A DNA stretch of 64,000 nucleotides from Escherichia coli. Lineage in GTDB: Bacteria; Pseudomonadota; Gammaproteobacteria; Enterobacterales; Enterobacteriaceae. The notes beneath the pieces are model-generated. The model was not told where the DNA came from. It saw nothing but the letters and a program-made list of their open reading frames with translations, and made no database searches. A program made the position numbers and the translations under genes. How positions within the stretch are numbered: the stretch's first letter is position 1; the number at the start of each line of letters is the position of its first letter. This document shows, one piece after another, positions 27,933-41,702 of this stretch. The stretch lies in the NCBI RefSeq assembly GCF_003334785.1, contig NZ_QOWV01000013.1. One strand, given 5' to 3'.

Positions 27933-28433
27933 CTACTGGGAACGTGAGTTGCTACTACTCAATAGCTTCAACGATGAACTTTTTTGCCATTGCGTCACGT
28001 CACGCAACTGCTCCATTCGTTGTTGATGTTTCTCGTTTAAAACCGCTTGCTGCTCCGGCGTTAACAGGCGATACATTTGGTTGCGGACTTTTGCCATCTC
28101 AACCTGACGAGCAATTTGCTCATTCGCCATTTTTTCTGCCTGTGCGCGCACAGCGTTTTCATCAAAATTTTCTGCGGTGACAAGGCGATGCATTGTCTCC
28201 AGTTCGCTAACATTAACAGGAGGCTGTTCGTGCCGGGCCTGTTGCATAAGATCTCGCATCTGCTGACGCTGATGTTCGGTTAAACTTATGCCGTCGAACA
28301 TATGGCTCTGCGTACTGCGCTGCGTAAGTTCTTCACCCGGATGCCAGTTATCGCCTGAACCGACTTCAGCAGCGTGGCTTAATGAACTGACTGCCAGCGT
28401 TGAGGCCATGACGGCAGCGGTAACTATGCGCAT
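27933..28433 (-). CDS. cpxP: periplasmic stress adaptor CpxP
   Basis: Track ORF 167 aa; CpxP (166 aa) from second Met [21 protein letters not shown]; two LTxxQ motifs. Confidence 0.95.
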
Positions 28434-28512
28434 CATTTGCTCCCAAAATCTTTCTGTCGCGATTCAACGATAGAGAGTTTACGATTCAGGCTGCAAACAT
28501 GCGTCAGGGGGT

Positions 28513-28527
28513 GTAAAACAACGTAAA
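28513..28527. promoter_or_regulatory. CpxR box in the divergent cpxP / cpxRA control region
   Basis: GTAAA-acaac-GTAAA direct repeat (consensus GTAAA N5 GTAAA) about 55 bp upstream of cpxR. Confidence 0.7.
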
Positions 28528-28582
28528 GTCATGGATTAGCGACGTCTGATGACGTAATTTCTGCCTCGGAGGTATTTAAACA

Positions 28583-29281
28583 ATGAATAAAATCCTGTTA
28601 GTTGATGATGACCGAGAGCTGACTTCCCTATTAAAGGAGCTGCTCGAGATGGAAGGCTTCAACGTGATTGTTGCCCACGATGGGGAACAGGCGCTTGATC
28701 TTCTGGACGACAGCATTGATTTACTTTTGCTTGACGTAATGATGCCGAAGAAAAATGGTATCGACACATTAAAAGCACTTCGCCAGACACACCAGACGCC
28801 TGTCATTATGTTGACGGCGCGCGGCAGTGAACTTGATCGCGTTCTCGGCCTTGAGCTGGGCGCAGATGACTATCTCCCGAAACCGTTTAATGATCGTGAG
28901 CTGGTGGCACGTATTCGCGCGATCCTGCGCCGTTCGCACTGGAGCGAGCAACAGCAAAACAACGACAACGGTTCACCGACACTGGAAGTTGATGCCTTAG
29001 TGCTGAATCCAGGCCGTCAGGAAGCCAGCTTCGACGGGCAAACGCTGGAGTTAACCGGTACTGAGTTTACCCTGCTCTATTTGCTGGCACAGCATCTGGG
29101 TCAGGTGGTTTCCCGTGAACATTTAAGCCAGGAAGTGTTGGGCAAACGCCTGACGCCTTTCGACCGCGCTATTGATATGCACATTTCCAACCTGCGTCGT
29201 AAACTGCCGGATCGTAAAGATGGTCACCCGTGGTTTAAAACCTTGCGTGGTCGCGGCTATCTGATGGTTTCTGCTTCATGA
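28583..29281 (+). CDS. cpxR: envelope-stress response regulator CpxR (OmpR family)
   Basis: ORF track 232 aa MNKILLVDDDRELTSLLKELLEMEGFNVIVAHDGEQALD... Confidence 0.97.
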   Translation: MNKILLVDDDRELTSLLKELLEMEGFNVIVAHDGEQALDLLDDSIDLLLLDVMMPKKNGIDTLKALRQTHQTPVIMLTARGSELDRVLGLELGADDYLPKPFNDRELVARIRAILRRSHWSEQQQNNDNGSPTLEVDALVLNPGRQEASFDGQTLELTGTEFTLLYLLAQHLGQVVSREHLSQEVLGKRLTPFDRAIDMHISNLRRKLPDRKDGHPWFKTLRGRGYLMVSAS

Positions 29282-30651
29282 TAGGCAGCTTAACCGCGCG
29301 CATCTTCGCCATCTTCTGGCTGACGCTGGCGCTGGTGTTGATGTTGGTTTTGATGTTACCCAAGCTCGATTCACGCCAGATGACCGAGCTTCTGGATAGC
29401 GAACAGCGTCAGGGGCTGATGATTGAGCAGCATGTCGAAGCGGAGCTGGCGAACGATCCGCCCAACGATTTAATGTGGTGGCGGCGTCTGTTCCGGGCGA
29501 TTGATAAGTGGGCACCGCCAGGACAGCGTTTGTTATTGGTGACCACCGAAGGCCGCGTGATCGGCGCTGAACGCAGCGAAATGCAGATCATTCGTAACTT
29601 TATTGGTCAGGCCGATAACGCCGATCATCCGCAGAAGAAAAAGTATGGCCGCGTGGAACTGGTCGGTCCGTTCTCCGTGCGTGATGGCGAAGATAATTAC
29701 CAACTTTATCTGATTCGTCCGGCCAGCAGTTCTCAATCCGATTTCATTAACTTACTGTTTGACCGCCCGCTATTACTGCTGATTGTCACCATGTTGGTCA
29801 GTACGCCGCTGCTGTTGTGGTTGGCCTGGAGTCTGGCAAAACCGGCGCGTAAGCTGAAAAACGCTGCCGATGAAGTTGCCCAGGGAAACTTACGCCAGCA
29901 CCCGGAACTGGAAGCGGGGCCACAGGAATTCCTTGCCGCAGGTGCCAGTTTTAACCAGATGGTCACCGCGCTGGAGCGCATGATGACCTCTCAGCAGCGT
30001 CTGCTTTCTGATATCTCTCACGAGCTGCGCACCCCGCTGACGCGTCTGCAACTGGGTACGGCGTTACTGCGCCGTCGTAGCGGTGAAAGCAAGGAACTGG
30101 AGCGTATTGAAACCGAAGCGCAACGTCTGGACAGCATGATCAACGATCTGTTGGTGATGTCACGTAATCAGCAAAAAAACGCGCTGGTTAGCGAAACCAT
30201 CAAAGCCAACCAGTTGTGGAGTGAAGTGCTGGATAACGCGGCGTTCGAAGCCGAGCAAATGGGCAAGTCGTTGACAGTTAACTTCCCGCCTGGGCCGTGG
30301 CCGCTGTACGGCAATCCGAACGCCCTGGAAAGTGCGCTGGAAAACATTGTTCGTAATGCTCTGCGTTATTCCCATACGAAGATTGAAGTGGGCTTTGCGG
30401 TAGATAAAGACGGTATCACCATTACGGTGGACGACGATGGTCCTGGCGTTAGCCCGGAAGATCGCGAACAGATTTTCCGTCCGTTCTATCGTACCGATGA
30501 AGCACGCGATCGTGAATCTGGCGGTACAGGTTTGGGGCTGGCGATTGTTGAAACCGCCATTCAGCAGCATCGTGGCTGGGTGAAGGCAGAAGACAGCCCG
30601 CTGGGCGGTTTACGGCTGGTGATTTGGTTGCCGCTGTATAAGCGGAGTTAA
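29278..30651 (+). CDS. cpxA: envelope-stress sensor histidine kinase CpxA
   Basis: ORF track 457 aa; H-box SHELRTPLTR; 4-bp overlap with cpxR stop. Confidence 0.97.
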   Translation: MIGSLTARIFAIFWLTLALVLMLVLMLPKLDSRQMTELLDSEQRQGLMIEQHVEAELANDPPNDLMWWRRLFRAIDKWAPPGQRLLLVTTEGRVIGAERSEMQIIRNFIGQADNADHPQKKKYGRVELVGPFSVRDGEDNYQLYLIRPASSSQSDFINLLFDRPLLLLIVTMLVSTPLLLWLAWSLAKPARKLKNAADEVAQGNLRQHPELEAGPQEFLAAGASFNQMVTALERMMTSQQRLLSDISHELRTPLTRLQLGTALLRRRSGESKELERIETEAQRLDSMINDLLVMSRNQQKNALVSETIKANQLWSEVLDNAAFEAEQMGKSLTVNFPPGPWPLYGNPNALESALENIVRNALRYSHTKIEVGFAVDKDGITITVDDDGPGVSPEDREQIFRPFYRTDEARDRESGGTGLGLAIVETAIQQHRGWVKAEDSPLGGLRLVIWLPLYKRS

Positions 30652-30664
30652 ACTTCGCATTTGC

Positions 30665-30750
30665 AGGCAGGATAAGGCGTTTACGCCGCATCCGGCATTT
30701 GAGCAGGATGCCTGATGCGACGCTGATAGCGTCTTATCAGGCCTACACTC
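30665..30750. repeat. BIME (two inverted REP units)
   Basis: ggataaggcgtttacgccgcatccggca ... gcctgatgcgacgctgatagcgtcttatcaggcctac. Confidence 0.8.
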
Positions 30751-30756
30751 CGGGGG

Positions 30757-31431
30757 TTATTTTCCCCACAACCGGCGGGAAAAATCTTCGATCTTGCCGC
30801 TCAGTCGGCGCTTTTGCATCGTCCGCGTCCAGCTTTTCGATAACCCGGCAGCGGAGAGTAAACGGTGATATTGATCGTCATCAAACGGCATATGCCATGC
30901 GATGGCGGCAGCCTCCTGCACGGTCACATCGCTGACACGGGAAACCAACTCCAGCGGCGCGTCCGCAGACACTTTCCCTGGCGCTATCACGCTATACAAC
31001 CACCCCACCTTACCTGTGTTTTGCATCAACTGCGCTATATCGCTGATATCAAAATGGTAATTGAGTTTATAGCAAGGCGAGCGCGGCTGGCTGACCTGAA
31101 TTAATGCCTCTCCCCAGCGGAAAATATCGCCCATATAAACATTACTTTCCGTCAGGCCGTCGGTTGAGAGGTTTTCACCAAACGCAGGCGCAACAAACAA
31201 CTCCGCCTGTTCCGGAAATTCCCGCGCCCAGTAGAGATAATGCTCACGAGGATAATGACACAGCGCTCTGTCTGGCCCGCCGTGAACCTTTTTCTCCGCC
31301 TGCTCGTCACCTTCCAGCCCCAGCTCCGTCAGCATCAACTCACCATCAACCTGGATTTTAGCAATTGCGCTGGGTTTGCCTTCGGGATAAGCCTGAATCT
31401 TGCCTGTGTATACATCAACCGGATATCGCAT
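30757..31431 (-). CDS. yiiM: MOSC-domain protein YiiM (N-hydroxylated base analogue detoxification)
   Basis: Track ORF 30757..31461; 224-aa YiiM from internal MRYPVDVYTGKIQAYPEGKPSAIAKIQVDGE. Confidence 0.9.
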   Translation of the reverse strand: MRYPVDVYTGKIQAYPEGKPSAIAKIQVDGELMLTELGLEGDEQAEKKVHGGPDRALCHYPREHYLYWAREFPEQAELFVAPAFGENLSTDGLTESNVYMGDIFRWGEALIQVSQPRSPCYKLNYHFDISDIAQLMQNTGKVGWLYSVIAPGKVSADAPLELVSRVSDVTVQEAAAIAWHMPFDDDQYHRLLSAAGLSKSWTRTMQKRRLSGKIEDFSRRLWGK

Positions 31432-31579
31432 CTGTTCCCTCTCCACGAGAAATTTCCCCATTAGACCATATTTATTTTATGTCAGGCGTGCTGTTTTCGC
31501 GGTAAGTATCCAGGCAGGAACTCAATAGCAAACCGGACGAACGTTAGTTCATCCGGCTGTGGGGATTAAGGAAGCAGGT

Positions 31580-32563
31580 TTATTTCACCGTACCTAAAAT
31601 TTCGATTTTCGCTGCTCTGGCTTTGACTTTACGTGACCAGATAGAGGTAAGAATTGGCACCAGAATCGAAGTCACAATGACCGCCGTCGCTACCAGCGAA
31701 GTTGCTGCCGGAGCCATCGGTTTAAACGCAGGCACCATTTCTGCAATCAGCACAGGTGTCGCTACCGCGGCCCCTGCGGAACTGGAAGCGGCAATTCCGG
31801 CAGTGCCATCGCCACCGCCAATCAATTTATCGGCGATAATCAACGGAATACCGGTCACGATAATTACTGCCACACCCAACAGGATCCCCAGCAAACCAGT
31901 CTGGGCAATCACAGTCAAATCAATGGTATTGCCCAGCGCGAAGGCAAAGAATGGAATCAGCGTTTGCACCGCTTTGCTGAAAAATTCTCGCAATTCAGGG
32001 TCAAGGTTCCCCAGGGCAAAGCCCACCAGGAACGGTAATACTGCGCCGACGAAAACATGCGGTTCAAACGAGGCAATCCCGGCAGTGCCCAGAATAATCA
32101 TCGTCATGAGCGGCCCGGACTCCAACGACATCAACACAAATGCCCCAGCTTCTTCTTTTGTGCCGTACTGCTGCATGATGGAAGCGTAAAGTCCGCCATT
32201 GGTCATATCCATCGCCGCCACCAGCGCCAGCGTTGAAAGTCCGGCAAAGAATCCAACTTCAACACCATGTTCCGGAATAATACGCGAGGCAATTGCCGCA
32301 ACCACCCACGCGACGGCAATTTTAGTTACCACCAGCGTACCGGATTTACGCAGTACCGTTCCCGTCGCGCTTAATTTTATTGACGCCCCCATGCAAAAAA
32401 ACCACACCGCCAGAATGGGCACCGTACCGGTAATCATCCCGTTGGTGAATGATCCAAAATATTTCCCCGCCCCCGGCGAGAAGGTGTGGCACAGTGCGCC
32501 AAGGAATAGCGGGACGAGCATCATCCCCCCCGGGATTTTCTCAATCGAGCGTTTTATCTGCAT
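31580..32563 (-). CDS. kdgT: 2-keto-3-deoxygluconate permease
   Basis: Track ORF 31580..32572; KdgT from internal [28 protein letters not shown]; polytopic membrane protein. Confidence 0.92.
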
Positions 32564-32740
32564 TTCCATCACCTGTCGGCATATTTTTAAGGGCTGATGC
32601 GTAATTCCTCAATGGAGCATCAGTGTTGATGGAAACGAAGATAGACATTCATTTAATCAATAAAAGTGATCAAAACCACATCAATTGAAACGCTGTTTTA
32701 TTTTTATCGGATCATTGTTTTTATTTTGAAATTGATCACA

Positions 32741-32776
32741 AAAAAACCACCGCCGTTGGCGATGGTTCATTTTTTA
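32741..32776 (-). terminator. intrinsic terminator after sodA
   Basis: ccatcgccaacggcggtgg stem-loop followed by a T-run on the minus strand, about 50 bp past the sodA stop. Confidence 0.6.
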
Positions 32777-32822
32777 AGCTGATATGCGGCCTATACGCCT
32801 CATTGCAGCAGGCGGCAAATGA

Positions 32823-33443
32823 TTATTTTTTCGCCGCAAAACGTGCCGCTGCTTCGTCCCAGTTCACCACGTTCCAGAACTCTTTAATGTAGTCCGGACG
32901 GCGGTTCTGGAATTTCAGGTAGTAAGCATGTTCCCACACATCCAGGCCCATAATCGGGAAGCCGGAAGCGCCAGAAATAGCTTCACCCATCAGCGGAGAA
33001 TCCTGGTTAGCAGTAGAAACCACCGCCAGTTTATCGCCTTTCAGCACCAGCCATGCCCAGCCGGAACCAAAGCGGGAAGCTGCCGCTTTTTCAAATTCTG
33101 CTTTGAAGTTATCAACGGAGCCGAAGTCACGTTCGATAGCCGCTTTCAGGTCACCCTGCAGGGTGGTGCCTTTTTTCAGACCTTTCCAGAACAGGCTGTG
33201 GTTAGCGTGACCGCCAGCGTTGTTGCGCAGTACGGTTTTCTTGTCTGCTGGCAGCTGGTCCAGTTTGGTGATCAGCTCTTCAACCGGCAGGTTGGCAAAT
33301 TCTGGCAGGCTTTCCAGCGCCGCGTTGGCGTTGTTTACGTAGGTCTGATGGTGTTTGGTGTGGTGGATTTCCATGGTCTGCTTATCGAAGTGCGGTTCCA
33401 GGGCATCGTAAGCATACGGCAGGGATGGCAGGGTATAGCTCAT
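32823..33443 (-). CDS. sodA: manganese superoxide dismutase
   Basis: Track ORF 208 aa; 206-aa SodA from [44 protein letters not shown]. Confidence 0.97.
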   Translation of the reverse strand: MSYTLPSLPYAYDALEPHFDKQTMEIHHTKHHQTYVNNANAALESLPEFANLPVEELITKLDQLPADKKTVLRNNAGGHANHSLFWKGLKKGTTLQGDLKAAIERDFGSVDNFKAEFEKAAASRFGSGWAWLVLKGDKLAVVSTANQDSPLMGEAISGASGFPIMGLDVWEHAYYLKFQNRRPDYIKEFWNVVNWDEAAARFAAKK

Positions 33444-33727
33444 ATTCATCTCCAGTATTGTCGGGCGGCCGATTGTTAATGCCGCGTAAGCAGTTGGTTC
33501 ATTATAGTTAATTAAATGATATTGAAAATGATTATCAATGCCGTACTTTTCGTAAGGGTATGGTTTTGCAGGAAAATGCCCGAGATGTGAAGCAAATCAC
33601 CCACTTAATGCCGTGATTGCCAGTAAATCGACAACGGCGGCAACAGGCGAAAGGTTAATCGACAGCACGATTTTTACACTCATCTCGTCGGAGATGTGAC
33701 GCGACGAAAAATGATGAGGATAAGAAG

Positions 33728-34762
33728 ATGAGTAACGCGATTACGATGGGGATATTTTGGCATTTGATCGGCGCGGCCAGTGCAGCCTGTTTTTACGCTC
33801 CGTTCAAAAAAGTAAAAAAATGGTCATGGGAAACCATGTGGTCAGTCGGTGGGATTGTTTCGTGGATTATTCTGCCGTGGGCCATCAGCGCCCTGTTACT
33901 ACCGAATTTCTGGGCGTATTACAGCTCGTTTAGTCTCTCTACGCTACTGCCTGTTTTTCTGTTCGGCGCTATGTGGGGGATCGGTAATATCAACTACGGC
34001 CTGACCATGCGTTATCTCGGCATGTCGATGGGAATTGGCATCGCCATTGGCATTACGTTGATTGTCGGTACGCTGATGACGCCAATTATCAACGGCAATT
34101 TCGATGTGTTGATTAGCACCGAAGGCGGACGCATGACGTTGCTCGGCGTTCTGGTGGCGCTGATTGGCGTAGGGATTGTAACTCGCGCCGGGCAGTTGAA
34201 AGAGCGCAAGATGGGCATTAAAGCCGAAGAGTTCAATCTGAAAAAAGGGCTGGTGCTGGCGGTGATGTGCGGCATTTTCTCTGCCGGGATGTCCTTTGCG
34301 ATGAACGCCGCAAAACCGATGCATGAAGCCGCTGCCGCACTTGGCGTCGATCCACTGTATGTCGCTCTGCCAAGCTATGTTGTCATCATGGGCGGCGGCG
34401 CGATCATTAACCTCGGTTTCTGTTTTATTCGTCTGGCAAAAGTGAAGGATTTGTCGCTAAAAGCCGACTTCTCGCTGGCAAAATCGCTGATCATTCACAA
34501 TGTGTTACTCTCGACACTGGGCGGGTTGATGTGGTATCTGCAATTCTTTTTCTATGCCTGGGGCCACGCCCGCATTCCGGCGCAGTATGACTACATCAGT
34601 TGGATGCTGCATATGAGTTTCTATGTATTGTGCGGCGGTATCGTCGGGCTGGTGCTGAAAGAGTGGAACAATGCAGGACGCCGTCCGGTAACGGTGTTGA
34701 GCCTCGGTTGTGTGGTGATTATTGTCGCCGCTAACATCGTCGGCATCGGCATGGCGAATTAA
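33728..34762 (+). CDS. rhaT: L-rhamnose-proton symporter
   Basis: ORF track 344 aa [42 protein letters not shown]... Confidence 0.95.
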   Translation: MSNAITMGIFWHLIGAASAACFYAPFKKVKKWSWETMWSVGGIVSWIILPWAISALLLPNFWAYYSSFSLSTLLPVFLFGAMWGIGNINYGLTMRYLGMSMGIGIAIGITLIVGTLMTPIINGNFDVLISTEGGRMTLLGVLVALIGVGIVTRAGQLKERKMGIKAEEFNLKKGLVLAVMCGIFSAGMSFAMNAAKPMHEAAAALGVDPLYVALPSYVVIMGGGAIINLGFCFIRLAKVKDLSLKADFSLAKSLIIHNVLLSTLGGLMWYLQFFFYAWGHARIPAQYDYISWMLHMSFYVLCGGIVGLVLKEWNNAGRRPVTVLSLGCVVIIVAANIVGIGMAN

Positions 34763-35607
34763 TCTTTCTGCGAATTGAGATGACGCCACTGGCTGGGCGT
34801 CATCCCGGTTTCCCGGGTAAACACCACCGAAAAATAGTTACTATCTTCAAAGCCACATTCGGTCGAAATATCACTGATTAACAGGCGGCTATGCTGGAGA
34901 AGATATTGCGCATGACACACTCTGACCTGTCGCAGATATTGATTGATGGTCATTCCAGTCTGCTGGCGAAATTGCTGACGCAAAACGCGCTCACTGCACG
35001 ATGCCTCATCACAAAATTTATCCAGCGCAAAGGGACTTTTCAGGCTAGCCGCCAGCCGGGTAATCAGCTTATCCAGCAACGTTTCGCTGGATGTTGGCGG
35101 CAACGAATCACTGGTGTAACGATGGCGATTCAGCAACATCACCAACTGCCCGAACAGCAACTCAGCCATTTCGTTAGCAAACGGCACATGCTGACTACTT
35201 TCATGCTCAAGCTGACCGATAACCTGCCGCGCCTGCGCCATCCCCATGCTACCTAAGCGCCAGTGTGGTTGCCCTGCGCTGGCGTTAAATCCCGGAATCG
35301 CCCCCTGCCAGTCAAGATTCAGCTTCAGACGCTCCGGGCAATAAATAATATTCTGCAAAACCAGATCGTTAACGGAAGCGTAGGAGTGTTTATCGTCAGC
35401 ATGAATGTAAAAGAGATCGCCACGGGTAATGCGATAAGGGCGATCGTTGAGTACATGCAGGCCATTACCGCGCCAGACAATCACCAGCTCACAAAAATCA
35501 TGTGTATGTTCAGCAAAGACATCTTGCGGATAACGGTCAGCCACAGCGACTGCCTGCTGGTCGCTGGCAAAAAAATCATCTTTGAGAAGTTTTAACTGAT
35601 GCGCCAC
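34759..35607 (-). CDS. rhaR: AraC-family L-rhamnose regulator RhaR
   Basis: Track ORF 34759..35781 (340 aa); I place the start at the internal GTG giving 282 aa ([34 protein letters not shown]...), matching my recollection of RhaR. Confidence 0.85.
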   Translation of the reverse strand: MAHQLKLLKDDFFASDQQAVAVADRYPQDVFAEHTHDFCELVIVWRGNGLHVLNDRPYRITRGDLFYIHADDKHSYASVNDLVLQNIIYCPERLKLNLDWQGAIPGFNASAGQPHWRLGSMGMAQARQVIGQLEHESSQHVPFANEMAELLFGQLVMLLNRHRYTSDSLPPTSSETLLDKLITRLAASLKSPFALDKFCDEASCSERVLRQQFRQQTGMTINQYLRQVRVCHAQYLLQHSRLLISDISTECGFEDSNYFSVVFTRETGMTPSQWRHLNSQKD

Positions 35608-35680
35608 CGTGGCTACCTCGGCCAGAGAACGAAGTTGATTATTCGCAATATGGCGTACAAATACGTTGAGAAGATTCGCG

Positions 35681-36517
35681 TTATTGCAGAAAGCCATCCC
35701 GTCCCTGGCGAATATCACGCGGTGACCAGTTAAACTCTCGGCGAAAAAGCGTCGAAAAGTGGTTACTGTCGCTGAATCCACAGCGATAGGCGATGTCAGT
35801 AACGCTGGCCTCGCTGTGGCGTAGCAGATGTCGGGCTTTCATCAGTCGCAGGCGGTTCAGGTATCGCTGAGGCGTCAGTCCCGTTTGCTGCTTAAGCTGC
35901 CGATGTAGCGTACGCAGTGAAAGAGAAAATTGATCCGCCACGGCATCCCAATTCACCTCATCGGCAAAATGGTCCTCCAGCCAGGCCAGAAGCAAGTTGA
36001 GACGTGATGCGCTGTTTTCCAGGTTCTCCTGCAAACTGCTTTTACACAGCAAGAGCAGTAATTGCATAAACAAGATCTCGCGACTGGCGGTCGAGGGTAA
36101 ATCATTTTCCCCTTCCTGCTGTTCCATCTGTGCAACCAGCTGTCGCACCTGCTGCAATACGCTGTGGTTAACGCGCCAGTGAGACGGATACTGCCCATCC
36201 AGCTCTTGTGGCAGCAACTGATTCAGCCCGGCGAGAAACTGAAATCGATCCGGCGAGCGATACAGCACATTGGTCAGACACAGATTATCGGTATGTTCAT
36301 ACAGATGCCGATCATGATCGCGTACGAAACAGACCGTGCCACCGGTGATGGTATAGGGCTGCCCATTAAACACATGAATACCCGTGCCATGTTCGACAAT
36401 CACAATTTCATGAAAATCATGATGATGTTCAGGAAAATCCGCCTGCGGGAGCCGGGGTTCTATCGCCACGGACGCGTTACCAGACGGAAAAAAATCCACA
36501 CTATGTAATACGGTCAT
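35681..36517 (-). CDS. rhaS: AraC-family L-rhamnose activator RhaS
   Basis: ORF track 278 aa [46 protein letters not shown]... Confidence 0.94.
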   Translation of the reverse strand: MTVLHSVDFFPSGNASVAIEPRLPQADFPEHHHDFHEIVIVEHGTGIHVFNGQPYTITGGTVCFVRDHDRHLYEHTDNLCLTNVLYRSPDRFQFLAGLNQLLPQELDGQYPSHWRVNHSVLQQVRQLVAQMEQQEGENDLPSTASREILFMQLLLLLCKSSLQENLENSASRLNLLLAWLEDHFADEVNWDAVADQFSLSLRTLHRQLKQQTGLTPQRYLNRLRLMKARHLLRHSEASVTDIAYRCGFSDSNHFSTLFRREFNWSPRDIRQGRDGFLQ

Positions 36518-39530
<3,013 letters not shown>

Positions 39531-39534
39531 ACAC

Positions 39535-39765
39535 TGCCGGATGCGGCGCGAGCGCCTTATCCGGCCTACGGGTCGGCAACAGTTGTAGGCCTGATAAGAC
39601 GCGACAGCGTCGCATCAGGCATTGATTGCCGGATGCGGCACAAGTGCCTTATCCGGCCTACAGGTCGGCAATAGTTGTAGGCCTGATAAGACGCGACAGC
39701 GTCGCATCAGGCATTGATTGCCGGATGCGGCGCGAGCGCCTTATCCGGCCTACGGGTCGTGCATC
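39535..39765. repeat. tandem BIME cluster (about five REP palindromes in alternating orientation; about 95-bp unit repeated about 2.5 times)
   Basis: Repeated gccggatgcggcgcgagcgccttatccggcctac / gtaggcctgataagacgcgacagcgtcgcatcaggca units between rhaA and rhaD. Confidence 0.85.
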
Positions 39766-39796
39766 CGACAACACCGAATTTACAGGAACACAGAAC

Positions 39797-40621
39797 ATGC
39801 AAAACATTACTCAGTCCTGGTTTGTCCAGGGAATGATCAAAGCCACCACCGACGCCTGGCTGAAAGGCTGGGATGAGCGCAACGGCGGCAACCTGACGCT
39901 ACGCCTGGATGACGCCGATATCGCACCATATCACGACAATTTCCACCAACAACCGCGCTATATCCCGCTCAGCCAGCCCATGCCTTTACTGGCAAATACA
40001 CCGTTTATTGTCACCGGCTCGGGCAAATTCTTCCGTAACGTCCAGCTTGATCCTGCGGCTAACTTAGGCATCGTAAAAGTCGACAGCGACGGCGCGGGCT
40101 ACCACATTCTTTGGGGGTTAACCAACGAAGCCGTCCCCACTTCCGAACTTCCGGCTCACTTCCTTTCCCACTGCGAGCGCATTAAAGCCACCAACGGCAA
40201 AGATCGGGTGATCATGCACTGCCACGCCACCAACCTGATCGCCCTCACCTATGTACTTGAAAACGACACCGCGGTCTTCACTCGCCAACTGTGGGAAGGC
40301 AGCACCGAGTGTCTGGTGGTATTCCCGGATGGCGTTGGCATTTTGCCGTGGATGGTGCCCGGCACGGACGAAATCGGCCAGGCGACCGCACAAGAGATGC
40401 AAAAACATTCGCTGGTGTTGTGGCCCTTCCACGGCGTCTTCGGCAGCGGACCGACGCTGGATGAAACCTTCGGTTTAATCGACACCGCAGAAAAATCAGC
40501 ACAAGTATTAGTGAAGGTTTATTCGATGGGCGGCATGAAACAGACCATCAGCCGTGAAGAGTTGATAGCGCTCGGCAAGCGTTTCGGCGTTACGCCACTC
40601 GCCAGTGCGCTGGCGCTGTAA
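39797..40621 (+). CDS. rhaD: rhamnulose-1-phosphate aldolase
   Basis: Track ORF 39626..40621 reads through the BIME; 274-aa RhaD from internal [33 protein letters not shown]. Confidence 0.94.
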
Positions 40622-40630
40622 GGAGCAAAC

Positions 40631-40945
40631 ATGATCCGCAAAGCCTTTGTCATGCAGGTAAACCCCGACGCCCACGAAGAGTATCAGCGTCGGCATAATC
40701 CCATCTGGCCAGAACTGGAAGCAGTGCTGAAATCTCACGGTGCGCATAACTACGCCATCTATCTCGACAAAGCGCGTAATCTGCTGTTTGCCATGGTAGA
40801 GATTGAATCTGAAGAACGCTGGAATGCGGTTGCCAGCACTGATGTTTGCCAACGTTGGTGGAAATATATGACCGATGTTATGCCCGCTAACCCGGATAAC
40901 AGCCCGGTGAGTAGCGAGCTGCAAGAAGTGTTTTACCTGCCGTAA
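40631..40945 (+). CDS. rhaM: L-rhamnose mutarotase
   Basis: ORF track 104 aa [47 protein letters not shown]... Confidence 0.93.
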
Positions 40946-41245
40946 TTGCCCAATGTGCCAGAGATGCCTCCGGCACAATATTTTAAATTTCGATTTGAAA
41001 AATTAAACATATTACATCTCCCGGTAAGTTATATTTCCCTGATACATTGTGAGTAAATCACAAAAATAATGAATAACCCATTAATGATTCATGTGGTTTA
41101 TTTAAATAACCATTATGTGCATTACTCCGCAAATCTGACCTTTCACTCTGTCTCAAATTGTCATTGTTTACCGACATATCGCCTCTCATCACTTAATCGC
41201 TCCACCATTACAATTGATTAAAATATATTTTATGGAGTCCGATTA

Positions 41246-41692
41246 ATGGCAGCTCTTACTGCAAGCTGTATTGACCTGAATATTCAGGGCAATGGCGCTT
41301 ATTCCGTTCTGAAGCAGTTGGCGACAATAGCGTTACAAAACGGTTTTATCACCGACTCACACCAGTTCCTGCAAACCCTGCTGCTGCGCGAAAAAATGCA
41401 CTCTACTGGATTTGGTTCCGGTGTCGCCGTGCCGCACGGTAAAAGCGCCTGCGTTAAACAACCGTTCGTATTATTCGCCCGCAAAGCGCAGGCTATTGAC
41501 TGGAAAGCCAGCGATGGCGAAGACGTCAATTGCTGGATCTGCCTCGGCGTGCCGCAAAGCGGCGAAGAGGATCAGGTCAAAATCATCGGCACACTGTGTC
41601 GCAAAATTATTCACAAGGAATTTATTCATCAACTGCAACAGGGCGATACCGACCAGGTGCTTGCCTTGTTAAATCAAACCCTCAGCTCATAA
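41246..41692 (+). CDS. frvA: PTS fructose-like EIIA component FrvA
   Basis: ORF track 148 aa; EIIA(Fru/Mtl/Ntr)-type sequence with His in GVAVPHGKS. Confidence 0.9.
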   Translation: MAALTASCIDLNIQGNGAYSVLKQLATIALQNGFITDSHQFLQTLLLREKMHSTGFGSGVAVPHGKSACVKQPFVLFARKAQAIDWKASDGEDVNCWICLGVPQSGEEDQVKIIGTLCRKIIHKEFIHQLQQGDTDQVLALLNQTLSS

Positions 41693-41702
41693 GGAAGTGG
41701 CG

